Of a stretch of DNA of 32,000 nt, positions 8,150 to 17,054 are shown in pieces. The notes under the pieces were generated by a model that was not told where the DNA came from, made no database searches, and worked only from the letters and a program-made list of their open reading frames with translations. Within the stretch, counting starts at the first letter, position 1. Every line of letters starts with the position of its first letter. Position numbers and translations under genes: made by a program. The stretch covers positions 120,001-152,000 of the forward strand of contig NC_009925.1 in the NCBI RefSeq assembly GCF_000018105.1. Direction: 5' to 3'. The DNA is from Acaryochloris marina MBIC11017. Its GTDB lineage: Bacteria; Cyanobacteriota; Cyanobacteriia; Thermosynechococcales; Thermosynechococcaceae.

Positions 8150-8425
8150 CTAAGAAGCAGCAGCTTCAGGGGAGCCTTCCCAAGGATCTTCAACAAAAGT
8201 GACTTTAGAAGGATCTGTTTCTTGGATTAACTTCATTTCCATTAATTCCTCGATTAATTCAACCAAAGTTTCTAGTGAATTATTGGCCTTAATCAAGAGT
8301 TGTTGAAAGGTGGCATTGCCCTTCTGTTGAGCAATAAATTGTAGAAGTTGTAGGGCAGGTTCACTCACATCCTGGTGAACGGTGTAGCGAATATGGGTTA
8401 GTGAGGAAAGTTTGCTCCGGGGCAT
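8150..8425 (-). CDS. hypothetical small protein (possibly winged-helix-like)
   Basis: 91-aa ORF with a good GGAGA Shine-Dalgarno about 5 nt upstream of the ATG. The sequence is helical and Leu/Glu-rich. I cannot assign a family. Confidence 0.5.
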   Translation of the reverse strand: MPRSKLSSLTHIRYTVHQDVSEPALQLLQFIAQQKGNATFQQLLIKANNSLETLVELIEELMEMKLIQETDPSKVTFVEDPWEGSPEAAAS

Positions 8426-8556
8426 GCTTGTCTCCGATAATCATCTGCTAAGGGCTCTTTCATGCCATTACTAAAACGGCATTCTCTATACTTAGGATGC
8501 CCAAAGTTCCTAGCGATAATAAAGTCAAAAACAAGATTAATTTGAAATAGGAAACT

Positions 8557-9702
8557 TATACTCTAGGCGGCTAAGATATTAACTTTCTTAAAAGACTGAA
8601 ACTTGAGTGATAGTAAGGTGGTGAGTTTCGCCTTATGCTCTCCATTACACTGGTCGATGCACTGTTGAATGGCCCCTTTGAAGGCGGGAAAATCAGCATA
8701 ATACTTTGAATAGAGACATTCCTTGCGTACAAAACGCCAGAGTCGCTCAATCAAATTCAAATGGGGTGAATAGGAGGGCAGATAGACCAGCTCAATATCG
8801 ACGATCTCGGCAAAGTCCGTTACAAGCTGACATTTCTGGTATCGCGCATTGTCTAAAATCACGCTGATGGGTATGACTGGGTCAAGTAGCGCCAGCTTGG
8901 CCAGTAACAGGCACATACTGTGAGAATTGATATAGGTGTGGTTGGTAACGCTGACTAGGTCTTTGGTGATAGCGTCGAGCGCGCCCAGGACATTGAAACG
9001 TTGGCGACCAGAAGGAGAAGGGATGAAGATCCGAGTGATGCACCAGACAAACCCTAGATAAGCACGGTGAACAAAGTGAGCAGCATCCACAAAAAAGACA
9101 AGACGCTCTTGGCGTTGAGCTTCCTCTAATAAGGGTTCAAGGCGAGTGTGTCGAAACTGCTCTTGCTCCTCAATTTTCTCGGGCAGACTCGACTTTCCCG
9201 GCACATACCCCACTTTTCGATAACGACAACCGATGCGTTTGAGGAAGGCTTTGATTTGGGTGGGACTGCGTTTGATGCCTGTTAATTGCTCAATGACCGC
9301 TTGAGCTTCTGCACTGGTGCGGGGAGGATGTTGCTCAAAGTAAGCTCTCACACTATCGCTATGAGCGTTGAGTAGACTCGGTTGACCTTTATATTCAAGG
9401 GTCTTCAGCCCTTCAATCCCTCCTTGTTGATACTGACGAAGAGTTTTGGCTAAAGTGGGGCGACTAATCTGACAAAGCTGGCAGATCTGGGTATGGGAAA
9501 GACCTTGACTCTTCAAGTAGAGCACTTCCATCCGTCGCTGCACCCGTGGGTGAGGGTGATGATAGCGTTCGTAATTGAGTTGTTGGATTTCCTCTGCGGT
9601 GAAATCAATTTTAATCATGGGAGTGGAGGATAGGTGCGGGGATACTCCCAGTGTGCCAAATCTCTCTACCACAATGTTAAGTCACAAGTCGTCCGCAGTA
9701 TA
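8557..9702 (-). mobile_element. IS630-family (Tc1/mariner-like) insertion sequence; ends approximate
   Basis: It encodes an IS630 transposase. Both ends carry TA|TACT termini (TATACT at 8557-8562; AGTATA at 9697-9702). The inverted repeats are only weakly similar beyond that. An alternative left end, TATACTTAGGATGCC near 8489, fits about equally well. Confidence 0.6.
8563..9618 (-). CDS. IS630-family transposase
   Basis: The probable start is M19 of the ORF-track protein (MIKIDFTAEE..., ATG at 9618). There is an N-terminal HTH (SHTQICQLCQISRPTLAKTLRQY). The DDE region includes FFVDAAHF, ILDNARYQK and YLPSYSPHLNLIERLW. Confidence 0.85.
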   Translation of the reverse strand: MIKIDFTAEEIQQLNYERYHHPHPRVQRRMEVLYLKSQGLSHTQICQLCQISRPTLAKTLRQYQQGGIEGLKTLEYKGQPSLLNAHSDSVRAYFEQHPPRTSAEAQAVIEQLTGIKRSPTQIKAFLKRIGCRYRKVGYVPGKSSLPEKIEEQEQFRHTRLEPLLEEAQRQERLVFFVDAAHFVHRAYLGFVWCITRIFIPSPSGRQRFNVLGALDAITKDLVSVTNHTYINSHSMCLLLAKLALLDPVIPISVILDNARYQKCQLVTDFAEIVDIELVYLPSYSPHLNLIERLWRFVRKECLYSKYYADFPAFKGAIQQCIDQCNGEHKAKLTTLLSLKFQSFKKVNILAA

Positions 9703-10076
9703 GCGTTTTCCAGCTTTATGTAGTGAATTTCTAGTCAATTTTCCAAAAGGACCATCTACAGGCAAAGATCAGGTTTGTGGCGCAATCCGATATTCTCACC
9801 GTTAGAAACTCAGGAGTTTGGACAATTGTCAATGAAGAAGTGCCCCCTTGAGAGTTGAAAGAGAAACCGTTCTATCCGGTTTATCAGCCCTATTTCAGAA
9901 CTATATCGTTTATGATAGTTAAGTCTTCTGAAGCTGGTGAGTTGGGTCAATCCGTCGCCACAAACTGGCCCAGACTTCCACCCCTGCGTCCGGGGTATAG
10001 CAATATACCCATGTTGTCCCTAATGCCCGATTTGATGTGATGCTGTCAAATCCGGTTACCCATTCATTATTCCCCT

Positions 10077-11801
10077 ATGTCACAACCTACCCTTTCTCGG
10101 TTTGCCGATCTTGCGATCGCACCTCCGTTACTGCAAGCCGTTGAAGAAGTCGGCTATGAGTCTCCTTCTCCGATTCAAGCCCAGAGTATTCCACCGTTAT
10201 TAGCAGGCCGAGATTTGCTCGGCCAAGCCCAAACGGGAACGGGCAAAACAGCCGCCTTTGCTCTACCGTTGCTGAGTCAGTTGGATCTCTCCCAAGCCCA
10301 TCCTCAAATTCTGGTCTTAGCGCCAACCCGAGAGTTAGCCATTCAGGTGGCCGAAGCGATGCAGACCTACGCTCGCCATCTCCCTGGCTTTCATATCGCC
10401 ACCCTATACGGTGGACAGAACATCAGCACCCAGCTCCGGCAACTCCGTCGCGGCGTTCATGTGGTTGTGGGAACCCCCGGACGACTGATCGATCACCTTC
10501 TCCGAGGCACCCTCAAGCTAGAAAACCTCTCGACGGTTGTTTTAGATGAAGCCGACGAAATGCTGCGCATGGGCTTTATCGAAGATGTTGAGAAAATCCT
10601 CGACGAAACCCCCAAAGGACGGCAGGTTGCTCTATTTTCCGCCACCATGCCCTCTGCGATTCGACGAGTGGCACAGCGACACCTCAATGATCCCGTCGAA
10701 ATTAAAATTAAGTCGAAAACGGCAACGGTTTCGACGGTCACCCAGCGTTATTGGCAAGTTCGCGGCCTCAGCAAGCTGGATGCCCTGACCCGCATCTTAG
10801 AAGTTGAAGACTTTGAAGCCATGCTGGTCTTCGTTCGCACCAAAGTGATGGCAGCCGAACTAGCCGAGAAGCTAGAGGCGAGAGGTTATTCTAGCGCGGT
10901 CCTCAGCGGCGATATTAGCCAACCTCTACGGGAAAAAACCATTGAACGAATCAAAGCGGGTCGATTAGACATCATCGTCGCCACGGACGTGGCGGCTCGG
11001 GGATTGGATGTCGAACGGATCAGCCATGTAATTAATTACGACATTCCCTACGATACGGAAACCTATGTCCATCGTATTGGTCGCACCGGGCGAGCCGGAC
11101 GCCAAGGAGATGCCATCCTGTTTGTGTCTTCTCGGGAAAAGCGGATGCTGCGTTCCATTGAGCAGGCCACCCGCCAACCCATTCAGCCCATGCAAATTCC
11201 CAGCCATGCGGATATTGCCGATCGCCGGATTGTTCAGTTCAAGCAGGTGATTACTGACACCATAGAAGATCAGGACCTTGACTTCTTTGAGGATTTAATC
11301 TCCAATTATCAGCAAGAACAGGACCTGAGCTTACGGGAAATCGCTGCATCCCTGGCCTATTTAGTCCAAAAAGATAAGCCCTTGGTCCCCCCCAAAGAAG
11401 ATTTATCCTCAGACCCAGGCCATGCTGTTCAAACCAGTAACTGGGCTGCTGACTTGGGTAAGCCCTCCCATCAACAAATGCAGCTCTTCCGCATTGAGGT
11501 GGGTCGCCAACATGAGGTAAAGCCGAAGAATATCGTCGGTGCGATCGCAAATGAAGTCAACCTCGCCCCCCGCTACATCGGTCAAATCAAACTGTTTGAT
11601 ACCTTCAGCACAGTCTATCTACCTGAGTGCATGCCGAAGCCCGTTTTTCAACATCTCAAACAGGTTCGAGTCCGGGGGCAGAAGTTGAATATTAGTTTGT
11701 GCACAAAAGAGGAGCGATCCAGAAAGCACTCCGGTAAATCCTCCCACAAAGGTCGCCATAAAAAGCATTCCCACCGCAAAGCCAAGGCCGGCAAACGCTA
11801 A
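10077..11801 (+). CDS. deaD: DEAD-box ATP-dependent RNA helicase, DeaD/CsdA-like with a DbpA-type C-terminal RNA-binding domain
   Basis: Motifs present are Q (SPSPIQ), I (AQTGTGKT), Ia (PTRELA), II (DEAD), III (SAT) and VI (HRIGRTGRAG). The C-terminal FRIEVGRQHEVKPKNIVGAIANE is a DbpA-like fold. The tail is His/Lys-rich and basic. Confidence 0.9.
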   Translation: MSQPTLSRFADLAIAPPLLQAVEEVGYESPSPIQAQSIPPLLAGRDLLGQAQTGTGKTAAFALPLLSQLDLSQAHPQILVLAPTRELAIQVAEAMQTYARHLPGFHIATLYGGQNISTQLRQLRRGVHVVVGTPGRLIDHLLRGTLKLENLSTVVLDEADEMLRMGFIEDVEKILDETPKGRQVALFSATMPSAIRRVAQRHLNDPVEIKIKSKTATVSTVTQRYWQVRGLSKLDALTRILEVEDFEAMLVFVRTKVMAAELAEKLEARGYSSAVLSGDISQPLREKTIERIKAGRLDIIVATDVAARGLDVERISHVINYDIPYDTETYVHRIGRTGRAGRQGDAILFVSSREKRMLRSIEQATRQPIQPMQIPSHADIADRRIVQFKQVITDTIEDQDLDFFEDLISNYQQEQDLSLREIAASLAYLVQKDKPLVPPKEDLSSDPGHAVQTSNWAADLGKPSHQQMQLFRIEVGRQHEVKPKNIVGAIANEVNLAPRYIGQIKLFDTFSTVYLPECMPKPVFQHLKQVRVRGQKLNISLCTKEERSRKHSGKSSHKGRHKKHSHRKAKAGKR

Positions 11802-11946
11802 ATCCGTCATTTCTTTGTCTTTCTCGCTCTGCACACCCCCCAGCATTTAGGAATAAAGGAACCAAAGTAATGACCTGGATCAGCCAAACTCACCAACATA
11901 GCCTTGGTTTATTTTCCTAAACCCGGGGAATAGGGAAGTCTGACCT

Positions 11947-11952
11947 TATAAT
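11947..11952 (+). promoter_or_regulatory. candidate -10 box (TATAAT) for ndhC
   Basis: A perfect TATAAT lies 42 nt upstream of the ndhC ATG. There is no convincing -35 element. Confidence 0.3.
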
Positions 11953-11993
11953 GTTCTACAGAACTCGACGAGAACACATCCAACCTCTACTAT

Positions 11994-12356
11994 ATGTTTG
12001 CTTTAAGCGGCTACGAATATCTATTAGGTTTCTTACTCCTGTGTAGCTTGGTCCCAGCCTTAGCCCTCAGTGCATCTAAAGTCCTTCGTCCCAGTAACCA
12101 AGGGGCCGTTCGGCGGACAACCTATGAATCCGGTATGGAGCCTGTCGGTGGAGCTTGGATTCAATTCAACATTCGCTACTACATGTTTGCACTGGTTTTC
12201 GTCATTTTTGACGTAGAAACGGTCTTTCTCTATCCCTGGGCGGTAGCGTTCCATAAACTAGGTGTTTTGGCCTTTATCGAGGCTCTGATCTTTATTGCCA
12301 TCCTGATTGTAGGTTTGGTTTACGCCTGGCGAAAAGGAGCCTTGGAGTGGTCCTAG
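11994..12356 (+). CDS. ndhC: NAD(P)H-quinone oxidoreductase (NDH-1) subunit 3
   Basis: 120 aa. It is near-identical in pattern to cyanobacterial NdhC ([45 protein letters not shown]...[11 protein letters not shown]). Confidence 0.95.
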   Translation: MFALSGYEYLLGFLLLCSLVPALALSASKVLRPSNQGAVRRTTYESGMEPVGGAWIQFNIRYYMFALVFVIFDVETVFLYPWAVAFHKLGVLAFIEALIFIAILIVGLVYAWRKGALEWS

Positions 12357-12431
12357 TTAGGTTGGATATCCACTCTTCCTCTTTCTAAAAACTTCTTCTT
12401 CATTTTCTAGTGCATATCAAAGGAGCAAACG

Positions 12432-12980
12432 GTGGCAGATTCCTCTTCCGAATCAACCCAAGACGAACAATCTGTTGCAGAAGAACAAGCAGCACCCATT
12501 ATTGAAGCAGGTCCTGTCGCCAAGCATCTTACCCAAGCAGGTTTCACGGTTGAAGCCCTGGGTGCCGATCATCTCGGCGTAGAAATGATCAAAGTGACCG
12601 CTGACCAGCTGGTGGATGTGGCAACTACTTTGGTCAATGACGGATATAACTATCTCATGTGCCAAGGCGGATATGATTCTGGGCCAGGTCAAGAGTTGGT
12701 CAGTATGTATCATCTTCTGAAGCTCAGTGATGATGCAGACCGTCCACCAGAAGTCAGAATTAAAGTTTTTCTCTCTCGAGAAGATCCCCGCGTTCCCTCT
12801 CTATATTGGGTCTGGAAAGCCTCTGACTGGCAAGAGCGTGAGTCCTATGATATGTATGGCATCGTCTATGAAGGTCACCCAAATCTGACTCGTATCCTTA
12901 TGCCTGAAGATTGGGTTGGCTGGCCCTTGCGCAAAGATTACATCAGTCCTGATTTCTATGAACTCCAGGATGCTTATTAA
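12432..12980 (+). CDS. ndhJ: NAD(P)H-quinone oxidoreductase (NDH-1) subunit J
   Basis: 182 aa with a GTG start. [55 protein letters not shown] is the canonical NdhJ C-terminus. Confidence 0.95.
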
Positions 12981-13004
12981 GCCCTTCTAATTTTCGTTCA
13001 AAAT

Positions 13005-13038
13005 GAAAGCCTCGCTGATATAACCAAGCGGGGCTTTC
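13005..13038. terminator. bidirectional intrinsic terminator between the convergent ndhJ and inositol-3-phosphate synthase genes
   Basis: The 11-bp stem GAAAGCCTCGC / GCGGGGCTTTC has one G-U pair. It is followed by ATTTCTC on the + strand and ATTTTGAAC on the - strand. Confidence 0.6.
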
Positions 13039-13060
13039 ATTTCTCAAAAATGTAGCAATA

Positions 13061-14164
13061 TTAGTCGTCGCGGCGGCCAGCAATAAAATCTTCAGTCATA
13101 TCGTAGGCTTCCTGATCCGTAAATTGCTTCGGTGGGTGCTTCATAAAGAAAGATGAGGGAGAGTGGAGAATTCCACCTTTTTTAGCTTGAAGGGCCAGTT
13201 TGCAGCAGCGAATAGCATCAATAGAGACTCCAGCAGAATTAGGGGAGTCTTCTACAGACAGGCGAAGTTCCAAATTCATCGGCACATCGCCAAATAGCTT
13301 TCCTTCCATGCGGATAAAACAGACTTTATTATCCTGCTGCCAGGACACGTAGTCGCTTGGCCCCACATGAATATCATGATCTTCTAAGCGATCACCCAAT
13401 ACCGCCTGAACCGCCTCGGTTTTCGACTCTTTTTTCGAGGCGAGGCGACTGCGATTCAGCATATTCAGAAAGTCTGTGTTACCCCCTGTATTAAGCTGAT
13501 AGGTTCGCTCTAACTTTACCCCACGCTTCTTAAATAAGTCAGATAGAGTGCGATGGGTAATGGTGGCTCCTAGTTGAGCTTTAATATCATCGCCAACAAT
13601 GGGGAGATTATTTTGCTTAAACTTTTCGGCCCACAGGGGATTACTGGCGATAAAAACCGGAATGCAATTGACAAAGCCAACGCCCGCGTCAATCGCACAT
13701 TCTGCATAAAAGTTTGTAGCTTCTTCGGAACCGACGGGTAAATAGTTAACGAGAATCTCGGTCCCAGAGTCCTTAAGGGTTTTGACAATATCTGCTTTAG
13801 ACGGTTCTGCTGCCTGACTGAGAATAAACGTATATTCAGGCTTGTGATCGGTCATATGCTCGGAAAAGCCATCTAAGACCTTACCCATAGAGACTTTGAC
13901 ACCACTGTCGGGAATATTTGGGCAAAAGACCGTGGTGCAGTTAGGCGGAGAAAAAATAGCTTTAGAGACATCCTGACCCACTTTGCGCTCATCCACATCA
14001 AACGCCGCAACGACTTCAATATCGTGGGGTTTAAACCCACCGATATCCCAATGCATGATGCCAATGGCGTCTTCAGGGCTTTTGGTTCTGTAATATTCAA
14101 TCCCCTGAATCAGGGAGCTTGCACAGTTGCCAATCCCTATTATCGCTATCTTGATTTTTTCCAC
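13061..14164 (-). CDS. inositol-3-phosphate synthase (myo-inositol-1-phosphate synthase, short bacterial/archaeal type)
   Basis: 367 aa. There is an N-terminal Rossmann motif (KIAIIGIGNCASSLIQGIEYY). The overall pattern (GDDIKAQLGATITHRTL, NTGGNTDFLNM) is typical of about 360-aa MIPS enzymes. Confidence 0.8.
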   Translation of the reverse strand: MEKIKIAIIGIGNCASSLIQGIEYYRTKSPEDAIGIMHWDIGGFKPHDIEVVAAFDVDERKVGQDVSKAIFSPPNCTTVFCPNIPDSGVKVSMGKVLDGFSEHMTDHKPEYTFILSQAAEPSKADIVKTLKDSGTEILVNYLPVGSEEATNFYAECAIDAGVGFVNCIPVFIASNPLWAEKFKQNNLPIVGDDIKAQLGATITHRTLSDLFKKRGVKLERTYQLNTGGNTDFLNMLNRSRLASKKESKTEAVQAVLGDRLEDHDIHVGPSDYVSWQQDNKVCFIRMEGKLFGDVPMNLELRLSVEDSPNSAGVSIDAIRCCKLALQAKKGGILHSPSSFFMKHPPKQFTDQEAYDMTEDFIAGRRDD

Positions 14165-15036
14165 TAAAACTTATCTCCTTCGCAGAATTTAGGGTTTTGA
14201 GCAACCTGTTTGTTATCCAACCAAATGGCCGTAATGTAAAGCCCTTCATCTAAAAATTTTGATGGCAGCCAAACAGATACGTTCTTGTGCGAAAAACTGC
14301 TAGAGCTGATCGCGACAATCCCTGAATATCAACAACTTTTTGGTGAAACAGTTCAAGATTCTGATGAAAACACCCTTCCCAAGTAGATACAACGACAAAA
14401 GACCAAAACAATTGTTCCAACAGCCCAGGTTCCCATGGGATAAGAACATCATTGGGGTTGGATTCTCGCTTTAGTCTAGGTCCAGCATGCCAAGGAAGAA
14501 GATCAAATCTGTTCACCTAGTATGTTAGGGGACAACGGTCTAGCGCATATCCCTGCACTCTACTAGAAGATATTAACTTAGCTTTCACCATTCGTTAACC
14601 GGAGTTAACCAAAAACCTATGGTAAACCGAAGCGGTACACAAAAGAAGTAAATTCTTGAGATGGCGGAAAATGGCACCAACCCCATATCGAACTTTATGG
14701 AGATGGGACGTTGTCGGTATGAGTTGACGATCGCAGTGCTGTAGCGAGTCGAGTTGCTGAAATAAAGCGGTGTCAGTTTGGGCTAAAGCAAGGGGTAAAC
14801 AAGCCCGTTTTCTCTGACATGTATCGCATAACATACAGAGTCTATATCCTTACGAATTGGGAGGTATTGACTAATCACTAGGATGAGCAAGATCTTAAGG
14901 TTTGCTGACAAAACAACCTAAAAATCGCACGTTAGATAGAAGTAACGCTCGGTTGAGTTTGACAGCCCTCGTAAATCTAGCAATCTCCATTCGAAAAAGC
15001 AGTTGCCTTGACTACAAAATTCAAATTTGATCAGCA

Positions 15037-15534
15037 CTAAATTTTGGGAAGCTGGTCAATCTCAAAATACTGATAGAACTGATTGGTTACCTGCACCCGG
15101 TAAGACCGTCCAGTCGACTGGCGGCGTCTTTGCACAAATCCTTGATCGATCAAGTCATGAACATGCTGATAGGCACCTGACCCCCTTAATTCCACCAAAT
15201 CAGTTTGGGCAATGGGACCTTTCAAGGCAATTGCAGCTAATGTTCTTAAGGCACCTACTCCAATATCAACGGGAACGAGGGTATTCACCATGCTTTTGTA
15301 GGTTTGGCGAAGTTGCAGGCTATAGCCACCATCGGTTTCAACAATTTCTAGAGCACTGTCTCGATGGGCATAATCTTGCATTAGTTCGATCAAGGCATCT
15401 TCTGCATCATCGCGATCGCATTGGGCGTATTCCACAATTTTGCTGAGGGTCAACGGTTGGGCTTTGAGATAGAGAATGGCCTCAATCACCGTTGCTAAAC
15501 GGGTGGATGCGGCTGTTTCAGTAGTACCAACCAC
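15037..15534 (-). CDS. scpB: segregation and condensation protein B
   Basis: 165 aa. IEAILYLKAQPLTLSKI...GGYSLQ...LRTLAAIALKGPIAQTDLVELRG matches the two winged-helix ScpB repeats. Confidence 0.85.
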   Translation of the reverse strand: MVGTTETAASTRLATVIEAILYLKAQPLTLSKIVEYAQCDRDDAEDALIELMQDYAHRDSALEIVETDGGYSLQLRQTYKSMVNTLVPVDIGVGALRTLAAIALKGPIAQTDLVELRGSGAYQHVHDLIDQGFVQRRRQSTGRSYRVQVTNQFYQYFEIDQLPKI

Positions 15535-15627
15535 AGTAAATGCTCCTCGAACAATGCAGGGGGAAAGACAATCTGTCTTGCGCCAATGATAGCTTCTCTG
15601 CCCGCGATCGCAACAATAGGCCAGGAT

Positions 15628-16488
15628 TTAATCCAAATTGCGTCCCGTCAGCTCCACAAAAATATCTTCTAGGTTGGCAGGCCGAACCATCATTCCCACC
15701 CGATTGGTCTGATGATCCAGATAGTCTTGGGCTGCCGCTAAGGTGGGGAAAAATTGGTAATCCCATTGGGGACGGCTACTTTCTCCCACCTGTTTAACCA
15801 ACAATCCATCTCCATGCTGTTGTTTGAGTTCTGCCAGGGTGCCTAGGGCAATCAGTTGGCCCTTGTCGATAATACCGATGCGATCGCATAAGGATTCCAC
15901 CTCTTCCATATAGTGGGTGGTCAGTACAATCGTCATTCCTTGGTGATTTAACTCCTGGATAATTTCCCAAATTCTTCGCCTTGATTGGGGATCAAGCCCG
16001 ACCGTTGGCTCATCCAGAAATAAAATTTGAGGCTGATGTAGGAGCGCTCTGGCAATTTGCAGTCGACGCATCATCCCGCCCGACAGTTGGCGGACAACAT
16101 CTTGCTGTCGCTGCAGCAGATCAACATAGTCCAAGTAGTGGTGAATTCTATCCTGACGGAGGGATTTGGGTAAATGGTGCAGGCGGCCATGCATCTCCAT
16201 ATTTTCCCAAACCGTTAAATCCTGATCCAAACTGACCTGCTGTAAGACAACACCAATTTTGCGCTTAATTTGTTGCCCCTGATCAATATCCAGCCCCGCA
16301 ATCTGAATATTTCCTTGAGACGGTTTGGTGAGGGTGGTCATCATCCGAATCGTGGTTGATTTCCCGGCTCCGTTCGGTCCTAGCAGTCCAAATATCTCGC
16401 CTGATTGAATCGCTAAAGACAGGTCATTGACCACTGAAACCTGATTATAGATTTTGGAAATATTCTGAAGAGAAACAGATGAATTCAT
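15628..16488 (-). CDS. ABC transporter ATP-binding protein (ABC-2/DrrA-like)
   Basis: Walker A is GPNGAGKST, the signature motif is LSGGMMRRL, and Walker B is ILFLDEPT. No permease gene is adjacent. Confidence 0.9.
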   Translation of the reverse strand: MNSSVSLQNISKIYNQVSVVNDLSLAIQSGEIFGLLGPNGAGKSTTIRMMTTLTKPSQGNIQIAGLDIDQGQQIKRKIGVVLQQVSLDQDLTVWENMEMHGRLHHLPKSLRQDRIHHYLDYVDLLQRQQDVVRQLSGGMMRRLQIARALLHQPQILFLDEPTVGLDPQSRRRIWEIIQELNHQGMTIVLTTHYMEEVESLCDRIGIIDKGQLIALGTLAELKQQHGDGLLVKQVGESSRPQWDYQFFPTLAAAQDYLDHQTNRVGMMVRPANLEDIFVELTGRNLD

Positions 16489-16590
16489 GGATGTGATACG
16501 ATAAATTGTTCCGCCGACTTCATCTCCTTTCGGTTAGGTGGCGTTAAAGTCCACTAAGATTCGAAGTCCATCGTCCTTGTTGAGGTATTT

Positions 16591-16791
16591 ATGGCTAAGC
16601 GCCGCAACCTAAAAAAAGAAAAAGCCCTGCGAAATCAAGCTTATGCCCGGAAGTTTCGTAAGCGTTCAGGATCTGGCCGCTTTGGTCGACGTCAGTATAA
16701 TTCTAATCGTCAAGAATCCAATTCTGACAATCAAAACGGAGATAATCAGGACTCGAACAACTCTTCTGATACAGCCACCGCTTCTGATTAG
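16591..16791 (+). CDS. small basic protein with an Asn/Ser/Asp-rich tail (hypothetical)
   Basis: 66-aa ORF with a GAGG Shine-Dalgarno 8 nt upstream. The N-terminus MAKRRNLKKEKALRNQAYARKFRKR is Lys/Arg-rich, and a low-complexity acidic tail follows. A terminator-like hairpin lies downstream. Confidence 0.5.
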   Translation: MAKRRNLKKEKALRNQAYARKFRKRSGSGRFGRRQYNSNRQESNSDNQNGDNQDSNNSSDTATASD

Positions 16792-16858
16792 TCTTTGCTA
16801 ACAACGCTATCCTTGATTCGGGGTCTTTTTTCTCGAACAAGTTTGGCTGAACTTGAGT

Positions 16859-16890
16859 ATCCAAGGGTGATGTAGCCTTTGGATGCTTTT
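16859..16890 (+). terminator. putative intrinsic terminator
   Basis: The stem is ATCCAAGGG / CCTTTGGAT (one G-U pair, 8-nt loop), followed by GCTTTTGTG. Confidence 0.45.
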
Positions 16891-16946
16891 GTGTATGCGG
16901 GTATCAGCTGTACTTGATCCGTCCTCGCTCCTTTCTTTGCAAGATT

Positions 16947-16974
16947 GGTTGATAGGTGGATCAACCTCGTTTTT
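16947..16974 (+). terminator. second terminator-like hairpin
   Basis: The stem is GGTTGAT / ATCAACC (6-nt loop), followed by TCGTTTTT. The T-run merges into the first TTTTCTCAG repeat. Confidence 0.35.
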
Positions 16975-17054
16975 CTCAGTTTTCTCAGCAGACCCTCAAG
17001 TTCCTCTCAGGTTAGTGCTTTCATCTTTTCAGGAAAACATCATGGTTTTCTCAG
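16971..17054 (+). repeat. cluster of TTTTCTCAG direct repeats (3 exact, 2 degenerate)
   Basis: Exact 9-mers lie at 16971-16979, 16980-16988 and 17046-17054. Degenerate copies are CCTCTCAG at 17003-17010 and CTTTTCAG at 17025-17032. Confidence 0.7.

Noticed and set aside
6553-9702. The idea that the two IS elements form a composite transposon around the 91-aa gene
   Set aside because: The elements belong to different families (ISAs1 and IS630). They have unrelated termini, and the ISAs1 has its own private 10-bp target duplication, so the two insertions were independent.
3830-10113. Treating the 6.3-kb HIP1-free gap as proof of horizontal acquisition
   Set aside because: With about one HIP1 per 2 kb, a gap this long is not statistically compelling, and the first 3.4 kb of the window also lacks HIP1. 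I keep it only as supporting context.
11663-11673. tRNA T-arm-like motif GGTTCGAGTCC
   Set aside because: It lies inside the deaD-like coding region (KQVRVRGQ). No acceptor or anticodon stems are apparent around it. I found no credible tRNA anywhere in the window.
14250-14834. Minus-strand ORFs 14250..14516 (88 aa) and 14595..14834 (79 aa) as real genes
   Set aside because: They have no Shine-Dalgarno sequences, no motifs and unconvincing composition. I report the interval as an unexplained gap instead.
16971-17054. The possibility that the TTTTCTCAG repeats are a CRISPR array
   Set aside because: The repeats are only 9 nt, partly tandem with no spacers, and irregularly spaced. No cas genes are present.
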